Source of the DNA: a virus
Length of the DNA stretch: 64,000 nt
Virus record (IMG/VR): IMGVR_UViG_3300021960_000027
Coordinates: 1 to 64,000 of that record
Reading direction: 5' to 3' (one strand)
Part shown: piece by piece, positions 1-7,849 of the stretch
How positions within the stretch are numbered: the first letter of the stretch is position 1
How the letters are laid out: every line of letters starts with the position of its first letter
Program-made: the position numbers and the translations under genes
The notes under the pieces: generated by a model
What the model saw: only the letters and a program-made list of their open reading frames with translations
The model's database searches: none
Told to the model about the DNA's origin: nothing

Positions 1-374
1 ACGGGGAGTTTGATGCAGTGCTGTTTGACCCACCGTACAAGTTGAATGGTTCGTCGCATGGCTTTGCTAACGATGCGTCGTATGGCGTGGGCAATAAAAA
101 GCCAGTGAGCATTCAGAACAGATACCAACTGATCTTCGATGGCATGTCAGAGTGTGCGCGTGTGAGTTCTCGCTCGCTCATTGTGAAGTGCCAAGATCAG
201 GTGTCGTCTGGCAAGGTGCAGTGGCAAAGTCGAACCTTCGCTGATTACGGAGAGTCACTTGGCTTCAGGCTTGCTGACATGCTGTTTGTTTCTGGTAGCA
301 GGAAGCAACCGGCTGGTCGCAGGCAGATTCATGCTCGTCGTGATTATTCGACCGCCCTTGTCTTCCTTCGTTAG
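1..374 (+). CDS. DNA amino-methyltransferase (N6A/N4C), C-terminal part; gene begins before the window
   Basis: FDAVLFDPPY catalytic motif IV, followed by 'SECARV...LIVKCQD' and 'Q.HARR.YS.ALVF', typical of small phage MTases. Confidence 0.7.
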   Translation, partial: GEFDAVLFDPPYKLNGSSHGFANDASYGVGNKKPVSIQNRYQLIFDGMSECARVSSRSLIVKCQDQVSSGKVQWQSRTFADYGESLGFRLADMLFVSGSRKQPAGRRQIHARRDYSTALVFLR

Positions 375-380
375 CAGTTG

Positions 381-410
381 TTGACACACGCTTGAGTCTT
401 GATGTAGTGT
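381..410 (+). promoter_or_regulatory. sigma70-like promoter
   Basis: TTGACA(381-386)-N18-TAGTGT(405-410). Confidence 0.5.
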
Positions 411-448
411 TCAATTTGTTGTTGTGCTTGCTAATACAACAGTCAATG

Positions 449-500
449 AAAGACCCTCGCTCCGGTGCTACTAACACCGGAACCAGCGGGGGTCTTTTTA
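449..500. terminator. bidirectional intrinsic terminator with inner hairpin
   Basis: AAAGACCCTCGCT ... AGCGGGGGTCTTTTT stem enclosing CCGGTG-CTACTAA-CACCGG; lies between convergent genes. Confidence 0.7.
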
Positions 501-507
501 TAAATGG

Positions 508-726
508 CTAACGCTCAAGTGCGTAGCGTGCGTATCGGATGAGGTCGTGGTCATCTGGGATGCGTTCACATCGCAGGACTTCTTCTGCCAGTGTCTTGAT
601 AACCATCCGCAGTTCAGAAAGTTTGTCGTCCTTCTCTTCACTGATTCGTTGCATCTCATAGAACTTTGCCCAACCGACTTTTCGGCTGGCTTCGATGAGT
701 GCGATGGGTTGCTGTGGACATTTCAT
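508..726 (-). CDS. hypothetical protein
   Basis: 72-aa ORF with AAGGA RBS; ends at the terminator. Confidence 0.6.
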   Translation of the reverse strand: MKCPQQPIALIEASRKVGWAKFYEMQRISEEKDDKLSELRMVIKTLAEEVLRCERIPDDHDLIRYARYALER

Positions 727-807
727 TTTGGTTCCTTTCGGTGGGGTACGAAGGGGCTGACGTTAGATGGGCATCTTTTGCACGGTTATTTTTGAAGTTT
801 TTTATTC

Positions 808-836
808 TTGACTCGGATGTTGGTTTCAGGTAACAT
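808..836 (+). promoter_or_regulatory. sigma70-like early promoter, probably leaderless mRNA
   Basis: TTGACT-N17-TAACAT, 6 nt before ATG 843, AT-rich upstream tract, no SD. Confidence 0.75.
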
Positions 837-842
837 AGAAGT

Positions 843-1628
843 ATGACGAAGACACCAGCCCCGCAAATCGTTCTCCCCGACTGCCCCGTGTGCAACGGCA
901 CTGGTCGGGATGAAGACTTCAACTCGCCTTGCAACTGCGCCACGATTCAAGGTGCGTTCGTTCGCCCTGCATTCCGCATGACACTCAACGAGGTGACTAC
1001 GGCTACTCGCTCGGGCAACGGCAACGGCACTGGATCAAGCACCCGTCCTGAGCGTGTCTCAGGCGACGAAGTGAAGGCTCTCGCTGAATGGCTTGCTACT
1101 CAGACTTGGTCAGACTTCGCAGTGTCGATCTCCAACTTCTACTTCGACCGTGGCTACCTCAGCCAGAAGCAGTTCGATTCGGCATCAAAGATGAAGGCGA
1201 AGTGTGATGCTCGCAAGCCTGCTCCCGTCGTTGAAGAGCCAAAGGAAGTTGCTGTCGACGGAATTCCTACGGCACCTTGCGCCATCGGAACATTTACTCT
1301 TACCACCGAGTACGGTCACCGCACTTTCCGTACGGCAGTCCAGCCTGCTGATGCAAAGTTTGCTCCGGGCGAAACGATCATCTCTTACCTCGCAGGTTCA
1401 GACAACGAGTCTGACTATGTCGGGTTCGGGTTTGTCAAGCAGGGTGGTGTTGTCAAGGTGTGGAAGCGGTTCAGCGAGAATGCAGAACTTCTCCGTGAGG
1501 CAGAGGTTGCGCTCGCTGGTGGCGACGACGTTCAGTTCGCACAGCGGTGTTTGATGTGCAACCGAATGCTGACCACTCCATCAAGCATTTCTAACCTCAT
1601 CGGTCCCGAGTGCGCCAAGAAGTTGTAG
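843..1628 (+). CDS. DUF6011-like Zn-finger domain protein
   Basis: C-terminal CxxCxRxLTxPxSIxxxIGPECAKK; GSDNESDY motif; N-terminal CPVCNGTG. Confidence 0.7.
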   Translation: MTKTPAPQIVLPDCPVCNGTGRDEDFNSPCNCATIQGAFVRPAFRMTLNEVTTATRSGNGNGTGSSTRPERVSGDEVKALAEWLATQTWSDFAVSISNFYFDRGYLSQKQFDSASKMKAKCDARKPAPVVEEPKEVAVDGIPTAPCAIGTFTLTTEYGHRTFRTAVQPADAKFAPGETIISYLAGSDNESDYVGFGFVKQGGVVKVWKRFSENAELLREAEVALAGGDDVQFAQRCLMCNRMLTTPSSISNLIGPECAKKL

Positions 1629-1642
1629 TTGGTTGGCCGACA

Positions 1643-1678
1643 CTGTCGATAGCAAAGATATTGCAGTAAAGAAGAGAT
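1643..1678 (+). promoter_or_regulatory. putative phage late promoter (CTGTC...AAGAAGAGAT)
   Basis: matches a motif found nine times upstream of structural and polyprotein genes. Confidence 0.55.
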
Positions 1679-1693
1679 CAATGGGAGATTTCT

Positions 1694-3127
1694 GTGGCTA
1701 GAGAAGACGGAAAAATTAGATGCAACTGGTGCAAGAAGTACAAGCCTGCTGATGAAACCCATCCAGTTTCGGTATCTGGTGGTGCGAACTACAAGAGAAG
1801 CGGTCGTCCTTACGAATCTAACGTTTGCCGTCAATGCTGTATTGATGTTGCCGATTCCACTCGCGCATCTAGATACGCTAACCCACACGGTGTCCGAGAC
1901 GATGAAGTAGTCGTTTATGGGGAACGTCTTGGTGGGATCAAAGAGGCTTGCGAATATTTTGGTGTTCCAGTCGATGATTTACCTAACGAAGACAGCGACG
2001 ACGGATATGCAAATCAGGATAAGTATTCAAAACCAAAACATCCGATTGATTTTTCTATCTTTGCTAAACAATACCAGCCCGGTGATGTTGAGAAAATTAA
2101 GGCGTACTGGCGTTCAATAGGAGCAGTTGCAAGCATGAACAAGTCATCAAAGTTCAAACCAGAAAAGTTCAATCCAGACCCTGACAGCAAGACCGAGCAG
2201 TGGATTAGCGATTGGCTTCGCAGTAACCGGATTGGTCAGACTGGTGCGAGAGCAATCCGAAATTACCAAACGTACATTTACAACTACGAAAAGGCAAAGG
2301 CTGAGGGCGACTACGAAAGTGCAGAAGTGTTGCGTGGTGAGGCAATGAGAATTAGACCGCCATATTTCAGCGAGTATGAGTGGACTCAGTTTCGTGAGGA
2401 TGTTCTTCGCCAAGTTCTCAAAACAGCAAAGAAGGCAAGCATGAACGAACAAAATACGCTTTCGGACGTTGAAGTCGTTGAAATTGCAGAAGAGATGGGG
2501 ATTAAGTACGAAGGACGAATCGATAAGTTGGAATACTGGTCTATCCTTGGCTACGAAATCGTGCGTAACTACCAGACCGGCGATTATCAGATCAAAAACA
2601 GTGGCGATGTCCTTGCTGAAGGTAAAGGTGCCTCAATTAAAAATGCGCTCCGTGACTTCATCAATAATTTTGGATATTCGACAGCAAAGAATGCAAGCAT
2701 GAACAAGTCACCCAATTTCAGTTTCTTTGGTTCGGTAGATGTAGACAAGGTCAGCCTGTTTGATGAGCCAATTTCATCGACGGCATCATTGGACGAGTTC
2801 GACCCAGATGAGCCTCTGTTTGACCAACACGGTTGGCTAAATCGTCCTTGGGCGGTTGACGGGAATGACACTGATGGGTATGGGGAATCAAGGGGGCAAG
2901 CGTTGGACGATGGGTACTACCATTGCAGTGCATGTGGTTTAAAACCAGTGCCACTGGATGGCTCTGCTTATGCGTATGTGGGAGACTCTTACCCACAAAC
3001 ACAGACAGAAGATTATGCAGACGTTATTCTTTGCGAGAAGTGTAACAACGACGATCAGATTGTTAGTTGGGCGATCAAACAAGCGTCCAATATCAACGGA
3101 TATCATGGGTTTGCAGTTGAAGCGTGA
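1694..3127 (+). CDS. multi-domain polyprotein with three ASMN(K/E) linkers
   Basis: 477 aa; GCAAGCATGAAC at 2129, 2435 and 2693; CxxC domains at both ends. Confidence 0.7.
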   Translation: MAREDGKIRCNWCKKYKPADETHPVSVSGGANYKRSGRPYESNVCRQCCIDVADSTRASRYANPHGVRDDEVVVYGERLGGIKEACEYFGVPVDDLPNEDSDDGYANQDKYSKPKHPIDFSIFAKQYQPGDVEKIKAYWRSIGAVASMNKSSKFKPEKFNPDPDSKTEQWISDWLRSNRIGQTGARAIRNYQTYIYNYEKAKAEGDYESAEVLRGEAMRIRPPYFSEYEWTQFREDVLRQVLKTAKKASMNEQNTLSDVEVVEIAEEMGIKYEGRIDKLEYWSILGYEIVRNYQTGDYQIKNSGDVLAEGKGASIKNALRDFINNFGYSTAKNASMNKSPNFSFFGSVDVDKVSLFDEPISSTASLDEFDPDEPLFDQHGWLNRPWAVDGNDTDGYGESRGQALDDGYYHCSACGLKPVPLDGSAYAYVGDSYPQTQTEDYADVILCEKCNNDDQIVSWAIKQASNINGYHGFAVEA

Positions 3128-3188
3128 GTAAGTCCGTTTGAAGCGTTTGATGTGTAATATTGTTCTATCTGGTTAACTGGGAGGGAAA

Positions 3189-3446
3189 ATGAATAGAAAA
3201 CTGACAGAAGAAGAGTTTCAGGCTCTTGGGGTTGATCGGGTAGAGGTCAATCGGATTCTTGCAAGCCCACACATCGTTTCTTGCTACCGAGGTAGCAGTA
3301 TTGCCTACTATGGTCCTTTCAATAATTACAATGAAGCGATCAGGTGGACTGAGAAGCGGATGGGCGAGTTCGCTATCTTGCCTTTGCGTGACCCACACAA
3401 AGAGCCACCGAGATCAATCGCTGGCGAAGTTTTACTGGGAGAGTAA
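3189..3446 (+). CDS. hypothetical protein
   Basis: GGGAGGG RBS; YGPF motif. Confidence 0.65.
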   Translation: MNRKLTEEEFQALGVDRVEVNRILASPHIVSCYRGSSIAYYGPFNNYNEAIRWTEKRMGEFAILPLRDPHKEPPRSIAGEVLLGE

Positions 3447-3448
3447 AT

Positions 3449-3682
3449 ATGTCAAACAAAACCAAACAGAAGGCTCGCGTTAAGGGCGAGTGCCTGCACA
3501 TTGATATTCTGGGCAACAACGTTAAGGCTTGGGTGGCTTCTCCAACGGGAGACTCAACAGATTCTTTAATCTTCGATATCCCATGTCTGGATAGTGTTCA
3601 GGCAGAGTTTGTTGCCAACATTTGGAAGGACGCGTGGGAGTTGAATGAGAACAACGAAGAAGAGGATTCTTCATCCGAATAA
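3449..3682 (+). CDS. hypothetical protein
   Basis: tightly coupled ORF with GGAG RBS. Confidence 0.6.
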   Translation: MSNKTKQKARVKGECLHIDILGNNVKAWVASPTGDSTDSLIFDIPCLDSVQAEFVANIWKDAWELNENNEEEDSSSE

Positions 3683-3700
3683 AATTATCTGAGAAAATAC

Positions 3701-3730
3701 TTGCAAAATAGTTTTATCTCAAGTTAAAAT
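3701..3730 (+). promoter_or_regulatory. sigma70-like promoter
   Basis: TTGCAA-N18-TAAAAT upstream of AAGGAGG RBS. Confidence 0.6.
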
Positions 3731-3768
3731 ACGAGTAGCCCCAGCAACCAAGACCAAGGAGGTCACAA

Positions 3769-4668
3769 ATGGGTTACATGCTTTCAACAAAGCACAAGTA
3801 TGAGGATGGCATCAACGCCATCGACGCGGCTCTTGATGCCAATGCTCTTTTTGAGCCACAGAGGGTGGGCACCATCCTCCCCAACAGGACGGAAGATGAT
3901 GAAACTTTCACCATTTACCGTGAGTACGCTGACGGCAGTCAGGTTGTCCTCAACTCTGGTGTGAGCAAGAACTATTACTCTGGCTCATACAAGTCGCTTC
4001 TCAACACTGCCGAGGCGATGTTCCCAGAGAGCGTCACCAACATGCAGACTTGGAATCACGGTGCGGTTCTTGTCTTCACACAAGACATTGACGAGCCTTA
4101 CACCTTCGCTGATGGTGACGAGGTCACTCGCTCAATCATGTACACCGCCAGCATGAACAGTGCATTCCCCACCCGTGCAATCGGGTTCACCTTCCGTGCT
4201 TTCTGCACCAACCAAGAAGGTCAGGGCGAACTTCAGTTGTCTCAGAGGCGTTCAAAGAATCACGACGAGATGCTGTTCAGCAAGTCACAGATTCTTGCCG
4301 AGGCCGCGAATCGGTTCAGCCTGTTCGTGTCGAACGCAACGATGCTCAAGGGTCTTGAGATGACTCCTTCGCTCTACCGTCGAATCTTGGACGAAGTTGC
4401 TCCGCTGGTAACTGACCCCACCGCACACGGCAAGAAGGTCATCAGCGCACAGAAGCGTCGTGACGGCATCAACTACTTCTACGGAGTTGAATCAGATACG
4501 TTCGGCAAGAACGCTTTCAGCCTGTACCAAGCGGTTCAGTCGTACGAGTTCCACTCAGCAACCTCTGGCAAGTTCCAAGAGTTCAAGCAGGCAAAGATCG
4601 TGAGCGAGCCTGAGAAGAATCAGACGCTCACCAATCGCACGGTGGAGATGCTTCTCGCCAGCGTCTAG
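3769..4668 (+). CDS. DUF932/DUF945 family phage-plasmid protein
   Basis: VSKNY, RAFCTNQ and NAFSLYQAV motifs; ~300 aa; strong RBS. Confidence 0.7.
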   Translation: MGYMLSTKHKYEDGINAIDAALDANALFEPQRVGTILPNRTEDDETFTIYREYADGSQVVLNSGVSKNYYSGSYKSLLNTAEAMFPESVTNMQTWNHGAVLVFTQDIDEPYTFADGDEVTRSIMYTASMNSAFPTRAIGFTFRAFCTNQEGQGELQLSQRRSKNHDEMLFSKSQILAEAANRFSLFVSNATMLKGLEMTPSLYRRILDEVAPLVTDPTAHGKKVISAQKRRDGINYFYGVESDTFGKNAFSLYQAVQSYEFHSATSGKFQEFKQAKIVSEPEKNQTLTNRTVEMLLASV

Positions 4669-4739
4669 TTCCATAGCAGGGAGGCTGGGCACCCTTCCCA
4701 ACAAAACTGCCCACCCAACACACTCAACAGGGAGTAGGA

Positions 4740-5048
4740 ATGGATCACAAATTAATCTTCAAGCAGAACCAGTCACTGAACGGAAGCCTCACTGACTACA
4801 GTGGCTCCAGCCCAGTCCGTGCCACTATCAGGCGTAACGCCTACGACAATCAGTCATACGGCATTTCAGAAGTGTGGGAGAGCCAAGGATGGGTCACCAT
4901 TCAGCAGTTCCCTATCCAGAACCTTTCGGTATCAAGCGTGTCGTACGTTGCGAGAGACGGCGAGTGGGAGGCTTTGATGGAGGCTGACCTCAATGAACTT
5001 ATTGCATACGCACATGAGCATTTAGCGTTGGCACAGGGGGACGACTGA
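4740..5048 (+). CDS. hypothetical protein
   Basis: RBS; IRRNAYDNQSY motif seen in phage hypotheticals. Confidence 0.65.
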   Translation: MDHKLIFKQNQSLNGSLTDYSGSSPVRATIRRNAYDNQSYGISEVWESQGWVTIQQFPIQNLSVSSVSYVARDGEWEALMEADLNELIAYAHEHLALAQGDD

Positions 5049-5049
5049 C

Positions 5050-5349
5050 ATGCGTCTTCCAGCGTGGGCGGTGAAAGCCCGTAAGATTAACGAAGATAAC
5101 AACCACCATTGGTTCAGCCCAGACAGCATCCGATTCTTTGGAACAAAGTTTCATGGGGAGCCAAACGAAGATGGGGTGTTCATCACTTCGGAGTGGACGG
5201 GGTTCGACCGCACTGATCGGGCATTCAATGTTCGTCAACTTGTCTACGGGGGTGCAAGCGTTAAGACGCTCAGTGACTTTACGAACCCCTTGGAGACTCT
5301 GGCAGAAGCGAAAGCATTTATTAACGGCTTAACGGTAAAGGACAACTGA
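5050..5349 (+). CDS. conserved phage hypothetical protein (HWFS..SIRFF / FITSE)
   Basis: recognisable small phage protein motif. Confidence 0.65.
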   Translation: MRLPAWAVKARKINEDNNHHWFSPDSIRFFGTKFHGEPNEDGVFITSEWTGFDRTDRAFNVRQLVYGGASVKTLSDFTNPLETLAEAKAFINGLTVKDN

Positions 5350-5350
5350 C

Positions 5351-5530
5351 ATGGCATTACCCACCTACAAATTCAAAATTAACGACGAAGGTAGTGAGTC
5401 GCTGACATTCACATTCAACCCAGACGGCATCATCATCAACCTTTACAACGAACCATTCGGTGGCGAACTAGTTTGCTCGTTTGCAAAGACGTACGAGGAA
5501 GTTGCCGAGATGGTCAGGGGAGACAACTGA
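5351..5530 (+). CDS. 59-aa hypothetical protein (not in ORF track)
   Basis: MALPTYKFKINDEG...VRGDN*; AAGGA RBS; fills the gap between neighbours exactly. Confidence 0.65.
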   Translation: MALPTYKFKINDEGSESLTFTFNPDGIIINLYNEPFGGELVCSFAKTYEEVAEMVRGDN

Positions 5531-5531
5531 C

Positions 5532-5753
5532 ATGAAACGCGGCAATCACCATCCAAAATTTGATACAAGTTATTCATACAAGAACGAAAAAACAGTGTGG
5601 TCTGGGGAGCCGTCAGGCGACACGCCGGTTCAAGAAGGCACTGATGTTAAGTGCGACCACGACTGCGAATGGGATCACTGGTTCGATGAGGACAGCAGTT
5701 TGGGCGATTACTACACATGTACCCAATGCGGTGAATTGACGCAGGTTGGATGA
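5532..5753 (+). CDS. small Zn-ribbon protein
   Basis: ATG 5532 after GGAG; CDHDC...CTQCG. Confidence 0.55.
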   Translation: MKRGNHHPKFDTSYSYKNEKTVWSGEPSGDTPVQEGTDVKCDHDCEWDHWFDEDSSLGDYYTCTQCGELTQVG

Positions 5754-5964
5754 AATGAAGCACATTGTTCATGTTCACCAGCAGAAAATTAAAAAGGGTG
5801 AGCCTGCGATCATTGACAGGACATACAAAGGTTCGACTCATCATCGAAGGGTTCGTATCGACGGTCCATGTACGATTGTTCAGTCTGATGTCCCTGATAG
5901 GTGCGGAGCAAGGGTGTGGATTGAGACTGAGTCTGAAGTGATCTACTTAGACAGTGGTGAGTAG
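5746..5964 (+). CDS. conserved phage protein (HVHQ..I / CGARVWIET)
   Basis: motif widespread in aquatic phages. Confidence 0.65.
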   Translation: MDEMKHIVHVHQQKIKKGEPAIIDRTYKGSTHHRRVRIDGPCTIVQSDVPDRCGARVWIETESEVIYLDSGE

Positions 5965-5975
5965 ATTTAGAAATA

Positions 5976-6251
5976 ATGTTGTCGTATCCCGAAGGAGGTG
6001 GGAAGTTGACAAATGAGAAATTGCAGGAGTTGAGGGATACTGAAAAGTATCCGCTGACGAACGAAGAGTACATGTGCCTTGTTATCCGAGAGTGCAACAC
6101 TCGCAGTTGGTCTGGGGAGAACAACCCAACTCACCGCCGTGATTGCAGGTTCTGCGCGGAGATTCTTTTTTCCGCAAGAGAGTTGCGCGATCGTGGTATG
6201 ATTTTGAATGAGCAGGGGCAACCAGTCCCAAGGGAGGGGAAGACAAGTTGA
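5976..6251 (+). CDS. hypothetical protein (start may be TTG 6006)
   Basis: AGGAGG RBS; CRFC motif. Confidence 0.55.
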   Translation: MLSYPEGGGKLTNEKLQELRDTEKYPLTNEEYMCLVIRECNTRSWSGENNPTHRRDCRFCAEILFSARELRDRGMILNEQGQPVPREGKTS

Positions 6252-6547
6252 CGTTAGATAACGCAAGCAATATCGCTATCAAGACTGAGTATCAGGGGAT
6301 GAGCAATGTTGTTGACGGTGCGACAGTTATCAGTGACCTCGGAACACCACATGTGTGGATTACTGAAGTAACAGCAACCACTGAGGGTGTCACCATCAGC
6401 CTTTGGGATAACCCTGCTTATCCCAAGGAACCAGATTTGCCAGAAGACGATGGTGATGAACTTAACGAACCGTATCGGTGCATCCGAATTGATTTTGAAG
6501 ACCTTCTGAAAGACAACTGGAAAGAGTTGTTAAGGACTCTGGACTAA
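6248..6547 (+). CDS. hypothetical protein
   Basis: 4-nt overlap with the previous gene; acidic ORF. Confidence 0.55.
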   Translation: MTLDNASNIAIKTEYQGMSNVVDGATVISDLGTPHVWITEVTATTEGVTISLWDNPAYPKEPDLPEDDGDELNEPYRCIRIDFEDLLKDNWKELLRTLD

Positions 6548-6562
6548 GGGTCGATTATTTCT

Positions 6563-7012
6563 ATGCAAACTTTTGCTCCAGAGGGTAGAAGGATCGAAGA
6601 CGGGTTTCGTGTTCTTGATTACAAGCGGTTGGGTAAACAACGAGTTGAGGCTTGGCAAATTCTCAACGTATTGCGTGGCGTAGACAACGAAGGCAAACCC
6701 AAAAATCACAAGGGTTGGGTTAACCACCCTGCCACCAAGATGTGGCGTGGTCATGTGACTGCGCTCGCGTTCTACGGCGTAAAGTGCTGTGAAGAGTGGC
6801 TGGCACGGGGTTACAACGACACCATGCTCCCGCGATTCCAGTCAGTTCTTGATGACTTGATTAGCAAAGGTGGCGATCCAACTCCACCTGAGTTTCTTGA
6901 TATGATTTTTCTTTCGCATCAGAGCAATTTGATTCGTAAATCTCCAGAGTACTATCGAACTATCTATCCAGATGTACCGGATGACATTCCGTACACTTGG
7001 CTGGATGACTAG
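6563..7012 (+). CDS. MSMEG_6728 family / pyrimidine-dimer DNA glycosylase (DenV-like)
   Basis: MQTF, LDYKRLGKQRVEAWQIL, NHPATKMW, SHQSNLIRK.PEYY motifs. Confidence 0.85.
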   Translation: MQTFAPEGRRIEDGFRVLDYKRLGKQRVEAWQILNVLRGVDNEGKPKNHKGWVNHPATKMWRGHVTALAFYGVKCCEEWLARGYNDTMLPRFQSVLDDLISKGGDPTPPEFLDMIFLSHQSNLIRKSPEYYRTIYPDVPDDIPYTWLDD

Positions 7013-7090
7013 GGGCAGATTGGTTTAGCCCGTGTTGAAAGCCGCATGTCGGAACTTCACGGTACGAGGGTTCGATTCCCTCCTGCTCCA
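7012..7090 (+). ncRNA. mini-tmRNA / tRNA-like-domain-only RNA (Ala identity)
   Basis: acceptor GGGGCAG/CTGCTCC with G3-U70 and A73; T-arm GAGGG-TTCGATT-CCCTC; no D stem; CCGTG/CACGG P2a-like helix; no mRNA-like domain. Confidence 0.75.
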
Positions 7091-7242
7091 CAATGAGCCA
7101 GTTTCCAAACCTTAACGACGACTTCCCTAAGCGTTTTATAAAGGCAACCTTGGTCTGGTTCGCCGCGCTGTTTGTAGTTCTTTTGTTATTGAACTGAACT
7201 GTGTTAAGTTTTTAGTTTTTAGGGAGGAAGGTTTAAGTTGAA

Positions 7243-7482
7243 ATGATTGGTCAAGATTCGCGCAAAACACATGTTGGGGATTTTCTTGTGTCTTCGGTTA
7301 GGGGCGACGATGAGTATGGTTTTGGTTCATTGAACGAAACTTGTGTGTTCTATTGCCCGAACGGTTTTACTGCCGTTGACAGCGATTCTTTGGTCGTGGG
7401 TTCGTACAGCGACCACGATTCTGTTGTCTCTGCCATTTCATTTGCCATGAAGTGTTTTGGACAGGTAAACGCAAGTGCCTGA
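7243..7482 (+). CDS. hypothetical protein
   Basis: GGAGG upstream; 79 aa. Confidence 0.5.
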   Translation: MIGQDSRKTHVGDFLVSSVRGDDEYGFGSLNETCVFYCPNGFTAVDSDSLVVGSYSDHDSVVSAISFAMKCFGQVNASA

Positions 7483-7774
7483 TGTGTCCGCAACCAAGGA
7501 GGTTATTGACATGACAGTTGATGAGAAACAGCAAGAGCAGAACAACAAGGCAACTTTAAGGCTTGCTCAAATGTGGATGGACTTGGAAGAATGCCATTTC
7601 AGTCTTACCCACCAAAAGGAAGATACGGAAGCCAGAGGGCGGGAGTATCTTGACCAAAAGCAGATCGCTGAACGGATTCAGTCTGTAATGGACGTTCTTT
7701 ACCACGCGGCTCACTGTGAGCAGGAGCCAGACGAATACTGTCAGCGTTGCAATCCGGTGGTTTCAACACAATAG
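7475..7774 (+). CDS. hypothetical protein (start probably ATG 7511)
   Basis: AAGGAGG RBS; HC...CQRC. Confidence 0.6.
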   Translation: MPDVSATKEVIDMTVDEKQQEQNNKATLRLAQMWMDLEECHFSLTHQKEDTEARGREYLDQKQIAERIQSVMDVLYHAAHCEQEPDEYCQRCNPVVSTQ

Positions 7775-7781
7775 TTTCTCA

Positions 7782-7817
7782 CTGTCATAGTCCCCCTCTC
7801 TCCGCTTTAAGAGACAG
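7782..7817 (+). promoter_or_regulatory. putative late promoter
   Basis: CTGTC(7782)-N22-AAGAGACAG(7809). Confidence 0.65.
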
Positions 7818-7849
7818 ACACGATTCTTTGTTTGGAACATGGAGAAACA

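Noticed and set aside
7012-7090. Canonical tRNA-Met (CAT at 7045-47) or tRNA-Ala
   Set aside because: No D stem, no 7-nt anticodon loop with U33, and helix geometry matches a tmRNA tRNA-like domain instead.
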